A stretch of DNA of 64,000 bases, from assembly GCF_009914755.1 (NCBI RefSeq), contig NC_060935.1; one strand, written 5' to 3'. The notes beneath the pieces were generated by a model. That model ran no database searches and was not told the DNA's origin. It saw only the letters and a program-made list of their open reading frames with translations. The first letter of the stretch is position 1; each line of letters begins with the position of its first letter. The position numbers and the translations under genes were made by a program. Of the stretch, positions 14,501 to 28,283 are shown piece after piece. Source of the stretch: the human T2T-CHM13v2.0 reference genome, Homo sapiens.

Positions 14501-15261
14501 AAAATATTCATGTAGGAATTTAGGAACATAAAACTGTTTTAAAATGGTTCTACTGCATCCAAAATTCATTCAATGAATATTCCACAAATGTTCCTCAGTG
14601 CCAACTGGGTGAGAAGCCCTGTGCCAGGTGCTGTGGGGAAGCAAAATTAAGTAAGACATCGTTGTTACATATAACAGAGAAGAAAGATTCAGTGGCACCC
14701 CTACAAGGGGAAGTAGTACAGGGTGATTGCTGCAGGAATTTGGGAGTGGGGGTTGGGCAGAGATTGGGAGTTCTGGTGTTGCCTCTGATTGGCTGAGGGT
14801 GGATAAAACGAGGGGAGAGGTCAAAGATATTGCTGAGACGTCAAGAAGGGTGGAAATCTGTCTGAAAACCAAAAGGATGAGAACTCAAAAAAAATGGTGA
14901 TCCCATGAACAGCATGGAGGGATCCAGAGGCACTGGAGTGGCCAGGAGAGGAAATGCCAAGGTCACCTGAGGACCTCGTAGGACTCTGTGAGGTCCAGTG
15001 GGGTGGCAGGTGGTCCTGGTCATGCTCAGCTTCTCTGTATACCCCGAATTACATCATATAGACAGTGCTGTTATTGAGCTGAACATGCAATACGTGCTTG
15101 TTCGTCATTAATTCATTCCACAAGTGTTTAATCAGCATCTATTTTGTGTCATGTGCTCTTAGGGTCTGAAGCTTTCTCATCTCAGAGTTCACATTTACTG
15201 TGAATTTGGAGAGGGAAGCCTTTTAATCTATTAGTCTTCTAGGTTTTATCTTTTTCTTTCT

Positions 15262-15400
15262 TTTTTTTTTTTTTTTTTGAGACCGAGTCTCGCTCTGTCA
15301 CCAGGCTGGAGTGCAATGGTGCGATCTCTTGACCTCATGATCCGCCCGCCTTGGCCTCCCAAAATGCTGGGATTATAAGCCTGAGCCACCACGCCCAGCC
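15262..15400 (-). mobile_element. AluSc-like element with a large internal deletion
   Basis: Both Alu ends are joined at CGATCTC; 19-bp TSD GTTTTATCTTTTTCTTTCT at 15243-15261 and 15402-15420. Confidence 0.9.
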
Positions 15401-15855
15401 AGTTTTATCTTTTTCTTTCTCAGTTTTATACACTGACTATCGTTACTGCTAACTCCTCACATTAAGGGTGCCCAGGGCAAGAGCGTAAGTGGAAGTCTAG
15501 TTACAAGGCACGTTTTAATTTTTAATTTATAAATCAGGATCACAAACAAGTAAAAAATGTTCTATCCTCTTACTTTGATAAAAATACCCACTAAGGACTT
15601 GGAAGGCCAGGTTGGAGTTTGTGATTGTCAGTTGGCTTGGAGAAGTGCACCAAGACGTGGCAGTTCGGAGGGACAGTACTGGCCGGTGGCCGCTTCCTGC
15701 TACACAGTAAGGGACCTTGGGAGCTTGTGTGGGACCATCTCTGCCTGGGAGTTTGAGCTTTGTTCACTCCCCATACCCCTCTACTACTTCTTGGCCATCC
15801 TCTGGAACTAGAGCAGTCTGCCCTTGACCCAAGAGAGAGGCTGCAATTAGCCTTA

Positions 15856-16103
<248 letters not shown>

Positions 16104-17379
16104 AGAAGTGGGGACACAGGCTCTGGGTGGACATGTCCTTTTTGTCTAGTAGGGAGAAATGGATGAAGGAGGCCAGAGGGTGGCCTTTAACTTGTGGAGC
16201 TGAGGTTAGGGCCCCACTTCCCTTGTGTTCAGTAGTAGCACCAACCAAATGGAATCTTGTCACTTGTACCCTTGCATTTCTCAGGTCAATAATGACAACA
16301 TGTATTTTCCTACAAGTTGCATGGTCACTAGCCTACCTCTTGAAACCTGTCCTAAAGTTTTCAAATACTCATTTTTGTAGACTTTGCCAAAAAAAAAAAA
16401 AAAAAAAAAAAGCAAAAGCAAAAGCAAAAAGGTAGTCATGACTCCAGTCTTATTGAAGGCAATTGCAAAAAAGAAAAAACAAGTTTCAGATTTTTAACAG
16501 TCAAACCAAAACCAAAGAAGATGGGCTTCATTTTGCTGCAAATTCTGTAGACATTGCTTTTACACATAAATTCAGGGAAACCCCTGATTTGCATTATTAC
16601 ATTTTTCAGTTTTCTGTAATTTATTTCCCTTTTGATTTCTCCTAATCATTAATTTCCTATATTTGTAATTTGTCTTCAGTTATTAGAGCTGATTTGTAGC
16701 ATCCCATCATTTGCTGTGGATCTCCATCTGAAAATCAGAAAACAGTTTTTTTTTTTTTTAAATGTGACTAATGAGGGCTTTGCCAATTCAAACGATGCAC
16801 TGCATCCATTATGCTGGGCATTGCTCTTACCCCTAGAAATATTTGAATAAATAAGACCTGATTATTATCCTCAAATTGCTCAGTCTGGTGGTTGAGACAC
16901 ATAAACATATCAATTATAATAAAGCACAATAAGTGCTACTAGAGGGGCCTATGTGAGGAGAGAGGACTGCGAAGTTGATCTACCTGGGGGAGTCCGCGAA
17001 GATTTTAACAGGGAGTTGGCATTTCAGCTGGGGCTTAACGAGGAGCAGGAGTGTGCCAGACAAGTGAGAAGACCATTATTGTTCATTTTCCTTGTGAATT
17101 ATTTATTTTTGCTACTTAATTATGACTCATGAGATATCTGGGCATTATATTCCATTGCCCATAAATCCAGATTTTCTATGTTTTCTCATTTTCAGCCCAG
17201 CATTTCACATTTGGGAGATAGTTTCTTAGGTAACTCTCAGTGTTAACATCTATAAAATGGACCTAACAGTGCCTACGTATAGACTTGTTTTGAGGATTTA
17301 AGGCAACAATGTGTCTAAAGGCCATGCACTGTGCCTGTGGCTGAGCCAGAATGTGCTTGGACACATGTCATGGAACTTC

Positions 17380-17827
17380 AACTCTTGTGGTTTAACCAAG
17401 TTGGAATTTGTTTTCCTGGGATGTCAGGAAGTCCTGAGGAACATATAGGACTGGTGCCTTGGCTCTCAGATAGGGCCAGGGTCTTGAGCTCCTGCTAACT
17501 TTCTGCTCTTGGCCTTTTCACACTTGTTGAGTCATGGTCACGAGATGGCCACTCCGCCTCCAGCCTCCTGTCCAGTGCAGGACGAATAAAGAGGAAGGAA
17601 GAAGGTAGTGCCTTTGTCAGGAAAAGCAAAAATTTACCAGGAAATCTCTATCAGACTTCTGCTTATGTGTCAGAGGCCAGAGATTTTTGACATGGCATCC
17701 CCTGATTGTAAGGGAATCTGAGAAGGCAAACATCTTTACTGGGCATTTTGGCATCCTAAGCGATACTGGGGTTCTAAATTTAAAAGGAGAATGGCTATTG
17801 TGTAGGCAACCAGCAGTCTCTGCTACA
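17380..17827 (-). mobile_element. MLT1K-like MaLR solo LTR
   Basis: Ends GTAGGCAACCAGCAGTCTCTGCTACA, the reverse complement of the MLT1K-type 5' end; left bound approximate. Confidence 0.75.
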
Positions 17828-19372
17828 GCCTGACACACAATTAACACTCAATAGTTGGCTATGGGTTTGGAGTTGAGGTTACGTTGCTCCAGATCTCTCA
17901 GGGGATTCAAGATGACATCTGGTCTACAGGCACGTATCTTATTCTATTACTATGAATATATTCTCAGTAAACTATATTACATTCATTTGTTAATATGAAT
18001 AAGTATCTATACATGCATATTATATACTATATTCTTCTGGGTTTATATAAAATATTATTTTATTTTACATGAAACCTTTCTTCCAAAGCCTTTCGGGCCA
18101 TTTTAGGAGACTCAGTGTATTTTATAAATTTCAACCTCCTTTAAGGAGCATCATCCTTATGTTCTATAATTGTCATAGGGTTGTTATGATCATACCCCCT
18201 CAAATGCTTTCACAGAAAATTATTTTTCTTCTTATGCCTAATGCCAGAAACTGACATAGATATCTGAGCCAATGGTCAGTGTCAACTCCAGAAATAAATG
18301 TTGTGAATTTTCAACATGCTGTGTAATCCAACCTTTCTGAAATGACTGATGCTGTTTTAAAAGAAAGAAGTAATCACAGTGTATGCTGTGCTTTATGACT
18401 TGTCATCATTGTGGATCAGAGGAGAGATACTGGCCAGATCTTGGACTTGGCTGAGTCAAATAGGATCTGAGTACCGAGTTGCTGTCCTCTGTGTGAAGTG
18501 GCTCACACACCTTCAGCTGGAGGACCACAGTACGTAGGGATGCTGGTTGTAAGATTTCATATCCTTACTTTGCAGTCCTCTGGCATTTACTGTGTGCTAT
18601 AGAGCATAAAAAGATGGAGGACATATGATTGCCATGAAGGTGGTAGAAGGTGGTTAAAGACATAGCCTTTGGTTCGGTCCTAGTTTACTCTGCTTTGCCT
18701 CTTTCCTCTTTAAGCGTCAGTTTCTTCATGTGTGGAGTGATGGTAATTAATACCTACCCCTGTAGAGTTGTTTTAAGGATTAAGAAGAGATGATACATAG
18801 AAAGCAGTTAGCACAGAGTCAGTATTTAGGAACTTCTCAATAAGGGAAGCTATTACATGTTATTACTATCAGATCAATGAACTTATTCATTGGTGTGAAA
18901 AGGCACCTACATAAAAATAATGGAAGGTTAAAGTAAAAACAAGGAAGATATAGCAGAAAACATCTATACAAAAATTACATCATCATGTTGTTGATTTTAT
19001 GTAAATGTCTTGGTTTGAATCTAATTGCTACATCTACAGTGACCTAAGTATCTAGTAGGTAAAATGAAAATTGTTTGAAAAATCAAGTTCTCACAATTAT
19101 GTAGATAAGTTCTATGAAATTATCTAGATATTGATACGTTAATATAATAGCAAATCACGACATGATATACCACCCAGCTCTACTTCTTACCTGTACTCAG
19201 CTCCCATTCTAACTGCTGTGCCTCATGGGAGGGAGTATATGCTGTTTTGATTGATAGTATGGGCTTTCTAGTGAGGAAGTCCTCATTGAAACACTGGCAA
19301 TTGCTGAACTTTTCTGCATCCTTTGTATAATTAAAAACAGAATTATCTACCTCAGTGTTGTAAGAATGTTTT

Positions 19373-19625
19373 GTTTTGTTTTTTTTTTTAATTATACTTT
19401 AAGTTTTAGGGTACATGTGCACATTGTGCAGGTTAGTTACATATGTATACATGTGCCATGCTGGTGCGCTACACCCACTAACTCGTCATCTAGCATTAGG
19501 TATATCTTCCAATGCTATCCCTCCCCCCTCCCCCCCCCACCACAGTCCCCAGAGTGTGATATTCCCCTTCCTGTGTCCATGTGATCTCATTGTTCAATTC
19601 CCACCTATGAGTGAGAATATGCGGT
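19373..19625 (-). mobile_element. Young 5'-truncated L1 3' end (L1PA2-type) inserted in a MIR
   Basis: Near-consensus L1 3'UTR; GAG diagnostic (CTAACTCGTC); perfect TSD GTAAGAATGTTTT at 19360-19372 and 19624-19636; TT/AAAA endonuclease site. Confidence 0.93.
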
Positions 19626-19862
19626 AAGAATGTTTTAAGAAAATGCCTCTTAAGTCCTTAACAAAGTGTCTACCATATATAAAGCAGTTCATAAGTGGTT
19701 GTTATTTTTATTATTGGAAATTTATGCTGCATTCCAATGAATGACATTCTAGTCTTTCACTTAGCTTATTAATAATGTACTCAAGCATCTTGAAAGTATT
19801 TCTATGAACAAGATGCAGTTTATATACAATACAGATGTTTACAAATCAAGCATTGGTTAGAT

Positions 19863-20720
<858 letters not shown>

Positions 20721-22839
20721 GATTTGATCATATGGAATGTTATGTAGTCATTAAAAAGTCACAGAAATATATTTGTTGATATGGAAAACTATTCATAATA
20801 TATTAAGTGAAAATAGCAGCTTACAAAATGATGTGAGATATTACCCTATTCTTGCTTAAGATGTATATACATATAAATGAAAAGATGATTTTAAGTATTT
20901 TATGTTTGTTTTGTCTGCATTTTCTGTCTTTTCTCATAATGAAGATTTCTTTAACAATAAGAAAAAGACAGAAATAGATAAAACTTGATTTTGAAAAATA
21001 ATTCAATTCAGATCCATTAGTTGCTGTAAGCAAACACTTATGACTCTGAAGATGTATATTTCTTCCTCTATCTGACTCCAATAAAACAAATTATTTGAAA
21101 ACAATACAGTACAAATTCTAATCAAATTTTGCTGCATATTTTTGGGATAATTTGAAATAATTAAAAAAAAATTCATTCAAAAGAACGTTGAAATTTGACC
21201 AAATATTTTAAAAGCAACTGAACCAAATATTAAGATTCTGGAAAGGCATAGTGTTGTGAAACTAGAACAAGTTAATCATGGCTTAGTCTCATGTCCTGTT
21301 CTGAGATTAATTTATTTATTTTTCCTCTTCTTAATACTATACAATGGTGACTTGTATCATTCTCCAGTCGTATCATGTGTATTTGTTTTATCAGCAGCAG
21401 ATTATATGGTCTTCCAGAGCAGGAACCAGGTCTTAAAATTATTTTGCCACAATCATAGTACCCAGCAGAGTTCAATGTATAGCAGGCACTGAATGAACAC
21501 TTGATAAAAAATTTAAGTGTTTCATCTTTCTTGCAGTCTTTTTTTCCATTAACTCATTCTCATTCCATATAAAAGCCTTTAAATGTCTTCATTATTGTAT
21601 CATAATTTAAGTCTAGAGGGATCTAAAGAGTTCTTAACAAAATAGCCCTGCAGTTTTAAAAAAAAATCGTCTTCTATGATCAGATACAGATATTTATTAC
21701 TTAAAAACAAAATAAAACTAACATGATCCTCTCACTGATTTAGTAGCTAATGATTTCACACTCTATGGTGCTAATTGCCTTATTTATGTCTATTTTTCCA
21801 TTTGAAATACAAGCACTAAAGCAAATATATGAGCAAATTGAGGCTATCCTGAAGAACAAGCAGTCTTCTCTAACAGCTATCATGCTCTGATAATTTCTAA
21901 AAGAGAAGGGAGTGAGGCAGAAAACAGCTGTAGGTTTCAAGTTCAAAGGACTACTAGCCAGTCATGGGGCTGCAGCAGTGCCTCCCACAAGTGAACCTGT
22001 GCTCTGACAGGGCAGTGGTAGTGGGGATGGCAGGTGGGTTCAATTTTCAGGTTGTAGCAACATAATTTGGTGATGGCTGGATATGAGGGAAAAGGAGGAG
22101 CTGAGAATGAAGCCAGAGGTCTAGCTTGGATGACAGGAGATTGGAAATGCCATCAACAGTGTCCATAAGGCATGGCGAGGAAGTGCCTAGAATGGACTTA
22201 GATAAGGACACATTGAGTGTAAGTTCAGTTGGGGACTCCTGTGCTATGTGAGTAGCTAACTTCTGAGAATTTCCTCTCCATTAATGGTTATTGTCCTCCT
22301 GCAGGCTTTTCTACACGATGTTCCCTGAGAGTAGAAATATCTCTAATCCCTGTTCCCTTGATTTTATTTGTGCATCTTGAGGGTCCACCTTCTGCATCTG
22401 CCAGGACCTCTCAGAAAGGTGCCAAATTACCTCAAGTTTCTTCCTGTGGACATTTCTTTGGATGTCATGTTAGAATATCTGTTTGTCCAATTTAGCAGGC
22501 AATCTGTGTGTCTTCTGTTTCCACCTACATTCAAAAGTCTTAGATTGTGCTTAGATTATGAGTGCCTTAAAGGCAAGGGAATTGTTTCTACACTATGACT
22601 GAAAGTCTTGAAAAAGCAAATGGCACAATATTACCAATCGGAGAAACAGTGCATTGATCTTCAGAACCTGAAGTGTGGGAATAAACTGTATTTTGTAATG
22701 GGCAGAACCCCACAGTGAGGCTCAGAATAACCCAATTTATTACCGTTGCTCTGCCCGTAATTCGCTGTGTGAATCGCTTAATCTCTCCAGGCCACAGTTC
22801 ACTCAACTATAAAATTAAGGAAAAAGATGCTCATATAAC

Positions 22840-23095
22840 AAGCATAGTTAACACATATTGATTATTTACTGCATAGCAAGCACCATGTTAAACGTGTACA
22901 TTGTCTCCCTTATCAGCAATCCACTGTGGTGAATGAGTACTGTTTCTACTCCCACTTTAGAGATGAGAAAACTGAGCTTAGAGAGTTTAAGCAATGTGCC
23001 CAGGTTCACAAAGCTAGTAAATACTGCATCTGAATTCAAATCTGGATCTGTCACTCTCCCAAGCTTTTGCCCTTATTCACTAAACCACTGCTTCT
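22840..23095 (-). mobile_element. MIR
   Basis: CCCACTTTAGAGATGAGAAAACTGAG...CCCAGGTTCACAAAGCTAGTAA core. Confidence 0.8.
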
Positions 23096-24159
23096 CCAGG
23101 TCCCAACTACTTCTTTCTGAAATTTTCATATCAGAAATAAACAAGTTGGCAAGCATGGAAAACAGAATCATAGTGATTTTCCTGCCTTGCCAAAATCAAA
23201 CAACAATGTTGGAAAATCAGAACATCTTTACAAACTTGAACAGGGCCAATACTTGATTTCAGTTGATCCTGCAACATGTTGAGAGCCTAGCCTTGTATCA
23301 TGGAAACATGATGGGCACCACCTGGATTCCTGTTGGCACTGAGAGGAGGCCAGGAATCACAAGGGTGTTGATCAGGCTTTATGTGGTGGTGAGCCACCAA
23401 GGTCCCTGCCTCTAGTTAGAGCTCACGATTTATACAGAAGTACTGTGTGCATGATGTAGGCATCACAGCACTGTTGCAATGCTTGGGTGTCTGTGCTGGT
23501 GACAGAGCTGTTGCTCTGGGAACATTCCTAAAGGGAGTTTAAGATATTGCTTGTAGTTGTTGAAAGGTGTTTAATGATTATTATTATAGAATAGTCTAAT
23601 TTCTGTGTCAAAGTAGCAAATTTAGAAAACGACACCTCCTCCCAAATTAATTCAAGTCCCTGAGCACCTCCTGGGGACCAGGCAGAGGCTAGTTGTTGGG
23701 GGCATGAAGCTGAACAAGACATCAAATACCTGCAGAAGCCTACACAGAGGACGCAGACATATAACAAAAATATGACGTGATGAGTACTCTGCCGAGGGAA
23801 GCACAGAGCACTGGGAGCACAGAATATGCGGAATCTAAAAATGAGTTCAAGGAGGAGATATGTCTATGGACGAAGCTCCCTAAATAGAGGTCCTGTATTT
23901 GCTTTCCAGATACTCATCACAGAATTAGATAGTAATCCAGCACAGAGATTTTCATGCTCCTCTCTAAAAGAGAGGCTGGAGGACAGATGCAGCTGGAAAC
24001 TGAAGAACGTGCTATGAAACCAGGGAGATCCTTTAGAGTCTCATGAGGAACTGTTAAAGGCTTTCTATGAAGGGCCAAATGTTTTCAGAAATTAGGTCAC
24101 AAACATCTGCAAGGAGATTTTTAACACAGCAAGACCAACAGCAATGGATTGCACCATTG

Positions 24160-24525
24160 CATTAGTTAGAGGAGGCTACTGTTGTGACAGAATAACAAGT
24201 CCATGGTAGTTCCAGGTAGATCTGGAGGACTCTGCAAATTAGTTGGGGACCCAGATTAATGGAGGTTCTGCCATCTTTGGTACGTGGCTCTCGAGGTGGC
24301 CCTGGGCATGGACGTCTGGCCAATTTAAGGAGAAAGAACATGGAAGATCTTATATAAGAGGATTTTATGGGCTAGGCTGACCAGGAAGTGCCGCAAATCA
24401 CCCCTGTTCACCTTCAGTCTTTGGGCCACTGCTAAGTGGCCAAAGGTGGTTGGGAAAGATAATCAACTGTGAGCCCAAGAGGAAGAGGAAATGGTTTGGT
24501 GAATGGCTCACAGTTTCTGCTGCAA
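24160..24525 (-). mobile_element. Old MLT1 (J/K-like) LTR fragment
   Basis: GGGACCCAGATTAATGGAGGTTCTGCCATCTT...CCCAAGAGGAAGAGGAAATGG motifs. Confidence 0.55.
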
Positions 24526-24924
24526 CCATGGATGGGGATTGCAGGACTAAACCAGAGAGGCCTTTTAGAAACTACTGGAAAGAGGAAAAAAGTAGAGAGA
24601 AGAGAAAAACATGATGACCTCTACTGATACAGTTTAAGTTCTTTATTTCTCCCGGGAATAAGGCGGAATCACAAAGCAGTGTACACCTCCAGATTTTGCA
24701 AGTGAATTTTGCAGACTGAAGTCTGCAGGAAATCTATGTGTCTTTATGCAATACATACCTTCAATGTAAGCTATGGATATTATATGGTATATTCTAATCA
24801 TTGTACTTCTAATCATTGTACTTATAACATCATGTTCAAATGTCATAATTGTAATTTCCAGGGGTGTTGGATTAGTTCACCAAAATTTGCATAGATAAAG
24901 ATGCTACATTGCATTTTTTGAAGC

Positions 24925-25690
24925 AAATATTTTATTCAGAACACTTTTAGATTTATAGAAAAATTGAGATGATAGTGCAGAGTTCCATATATTCACACTC
25001 AGTTGCCCCTATTTTTCAAGTCTTACTTTAGTATGGTGCATTTGTTATAATTAATGAAAGAATGCTAATACATTATCATTAAAGTCATTATTTTGCTTTC
25101 CTTAGTTTTACTTAATCTCCTTTTATGGCTCCAAAATTCCATCCAGGATACCATATTACGTTTAGTCACCATGTCTCCTTAGGCATCTCTGGGCTGTGAT
25201 GGTTTCTCAGGCTTTCCTTGTTTTTGATGACCTTGACAGTTTGAGCAGTGGTGGTCAGATATTTTGTAGAATGTCCCTCAGTTGGGATTTGTCTCTATTT
25301 TTTTCATGATTAGATCGGGATATTGTGTTTTGGGGAGGCAAATCTCAGATGTAAAGTGCTATTCTCATGACATCATATCTAAGGTACATACTATCCATAT
25401 GACTTATTGTTGATGTTAATCTTAGTCGCCTGGCTCAGGTAGTGTTTGTCAGGTTTCTCTACTGCAAAATTATCTTTCTTTTTTTCCGTTAAGGATTTTT
25501 TTTTTAATTTTACTTTTCTATAGATTTTTGGGTTGCAGGTGGTGCTTGGTTACACCTTACCATATTGTACCCTTTGGAAGGAAGTCACTGGGCACAGTCC
25601 ACACTTAAGCAGTGGGAAATTATGCTCCACCTCTTTGAGGGCAGAGTATCTACATAAATTATTTAGAACGTATTCTTGCATGGGAAATTT
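24925..25690 (-). mobile_element. L1MC-type 3' end, with a short L1PB-like tip at about 25496-25554
   Basis: CCAGGATACCATATTACGTTTAGT...GATGACCTTGACAGTTTGAG...TTTTGTAGAATGTCCCTC motifs. Confidence 0.75.
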
Positions 25691-25964
25691 ACATTGCATT
25701 TTAAAAAGCAGCAAAAATGCAGAAAGACTAAATTAATGCTGTTGAATAGCAAAACTGTTGAGTACATGGACATGTCTTACATTCATTTATATCTTCTACT
25801 GCACTCATCACTTCGTAATAATAGTGGTTAACACAACTCAACCTATTGAGTTGTTGTCAAACAAATTCAGTCTTCTCAACAAAACTATTGAATTGCTACT
25901 ATGATTACAGGAATTTTGCAGATGAAGAAACTGAAGCTTAGGGAGGTTAGAGTTATGAGCAGTT

Positions 25965-26595
25965 ACCATAAATCAAATAACGTTACTTTCTTGCTTAAAA
26001 ATTTAGTGGTTTGTGGTTTCAATTATAATAAATTCAACCTCCTTATCTTGGCCTTCAGACCCTGTATAATACAGCCTAACTTATTTCTCTTGCTTCTCTC
26101 CTACCTATCTTCCCTTCCTTCACTATGCTTCAGTCTCAGGGGCCTTCCTTCTGTTCAAACCTCAACAAAATCTTGCTTTAGAGCCTCTGGATTTTCTGCT
26201 TTCTTGGTCCCAGATCTTCGAATATCTAGATCCTTCTTATCAATGTTACTTTTCTGCTTAAAAATTTAGTGATTTCTGATTGAAGAGTGGTGGTTATTTT
26301 GTAGATCTATCAGATTGCAGGCCAAATCTCATCTTTTAAAAGGGGCCTTTCCTGACATTCCATTTTAAATTAGTTCTCTTCTTCCCAGAATCATTCTCTA
26401 TACCTTCCCCTGTGTCATTTTCTGCATAGCAGTTGTGACTCTGGGACGATTTCAGTAATGCATCTTTATTTCCCTCTAGGTTATGAACTCATGAGAATAA
26501 AGTTCGTGCCTATTTTGCTCACTGCTGTGTTCCCAGAGCCTAGAACAGTACCTGGCATATAGAAGGCACTTGGTAAATGTTGCTGCAGGAACGAA
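25965..26595 (+). mobile_element. L2 3' fragment
   Basis: Ends CCTAGAACAGTACCTGGCATATAGAAGGCACTTGGTAAATG, typical of L2 3' termini. Confidence 0.75.
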
Positions 26596-27063
26596 GAAAA
26601 GAGTAACCTGACCCAAGGAACAAGATAAGTAGGCAGCAGAGCTGGTATTCAAACTCATATCCTTCTGATAGCAGAACAAACTTGTAACATTTGCTGTAAA
26701 CTCAAATAGGCACTCGGTAAGCATGCTGATTTGATCCAGCAACAATATACTCAGACACTGAAGACAAGGACCTGATGGTTCTTAACTCCCATTAGTAACC
26801 TCAGGTCAGGATGCCCTACTTGCCAGCCCTGTCATTTGAGGCAAGCTACACAATCTGCCAAGTCAAGTTTCTCTGTCTATAAAAAGGGATAAAAATACTG
26901 CTTACCTCACACAGTTTTTGTGAGAATTAAATAAGATAAACATATGAAAAGTGTACTGAAAACTAAAAAACATGATATAAAGTTTATTTATTAGTTTTTA
27001 TCAAAAAGAAAAATACACATTTTTTTTCCTGGGTCTTTCCCATGGGGTATTGTTTTGATTTCT

Positions 27064-27130
27064 GGTCTCACTCTGACACCCACGCCAAAGTGCAGTGGTG
27101 TGATCTCAGCTCACTGCAGCCTCAACCTCC
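27064..27130 (-). mobile_element. Short Alu right-arm fragment
   Basis: GGTCTCACTCTG...AGTGCAGTGGTGTGATCTCAGCTCACTGCAGCCTCAACCTCC. Confidence 0.8.
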
Positions 27131-27525
27131 ATGTGGTGGGGAAGATGTGGTGGTGAGAAGAGGACCAGGTTGGGAAGGAGACACTGAGCTCTGTTTGGAC
27201 TGGCTTGGACAATGTCATGACTCTGTATGCTGAGATGTCTTACATTCATTTATATCTTCTACTACACTCATCACTTCATAATAATAGTAGTTTACATAAC
27301 TCAGTGTATTGAGTTGTTGTCAAACAAATTCAATCTTCTCAACAAAACTATGCTACTATGCAAAACTATAGCTACTATGATTACAAGAATTTTGCAAATG
27401 AAGGCAAATGAGGCCTACAAATACATGTTTTGTCAATACATTCACTTTAGCAAACATTGGAAGCAGAATATACTACAGGTGTTTAAGGTTATTTTTCTCC
27501 CCTGGCTTCTGGGGATACACCTGCC

Positions 27526-28283
27526 TACTATGGGTTGAATTACATCCCCTTAAAATTCATATATTGAAGGCTTAAACCCTGGTATCTCAGAACGAGACTG
27601 TTTTGGAGATGAGGGTCTTTAAGGAAGTGATTAATTTAAAATGAGGCTGTTATGGTGGACCCTAATCCCACATGACTGGTATCCTTATAAGAGGAAATTT
27701 GGACACATGGAGAGATACTAAGGATGTGTGTAGTATTAGTCTGTTTTCATGCTGCTGATGAAGACATACCAGATACTGGGAAGTTTATAAAGGAAAAGAG
27801 GTTTAATGGACTCACAGTTCCCACGTGGTTGGGAAGGCTTCACAATCACGACAGAAGAGCAAGGGAGAGCAAAGGGATATCTTACATGGTGGCCGGAAAA
27901 GAAAGAATGAGAGCCAAGCAAAGGGGGTTTCCTCTTATAATACCATCAGATCTCATGAGACTTCCATTCACTATCATGAGAACAGTATGGGGGAAACTGC
28001 TCCCATATTTCAATTATCTCTCATCAGGTCACTCCCACAGCACGTAGGAATTATGGGAGCTACAATTCAAGATGAGATTTGGGTGAGGACAGAGCCAAAC
28101 CATAGCATGCATGCACAGAGGAAAGGCCGTATGAGGACATGGTGAGAAAGCCATGGTCTGCAAGCCAAGGACAGTGGCCGCAGGAGAAACTAAACCTGCC
28201 AACATCTTGATCTAGACTTCTCATCTCCAGAATTGTGAGAGAATACATTTATGTTCTTTAAGCCACCCGAGCAGACTATTATA
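27526..28283 (+). mobile_element. MLT1B-like solo LTR split by a THE1 LTR
   Basis: 5' part 27526-27731 (TATGGGTTGAATT...AAAATTCATATATTGAAG); 3' part 28108-28283 (GCACAGAGGAAAGGCC...CCAGAATTGTGAGA...AAGCCACCC). Confidence 0.85.
27732..28107 (-). mobile_element. THE1 (C-like) solo LTR
   Basis: GTATTAGTCTGTTTTCATGCTGCTGAT...GAGCCAAACCATAGCA is the reverse complement of a THE1 LTR; flanks TGTGT / TGCAT. Confidence 0.9.

Larger units (their letters stand above)
25772..27415 (+). repeat. Dispersed direct duplication of about 170 bp (25772-25937 and 27235-27415)
   Basis: Both copies read ATGTCTTACATTCATTTATATCTTCTACT...TATTGAGTTGTTGTCAAACAAATTCA..CTTCTCAACAAAACTAT...GAATTTTGCA.ATGAAG; offset 1463 bp. 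Confidence 0.92.

Noticed and set aside
16389-16430. A23 run plus (GCAAAA)n with no SINE or LINE body
   Set aside because: No TSD or upstream element found, so it cannot be distinguished from a simple microsatellite.
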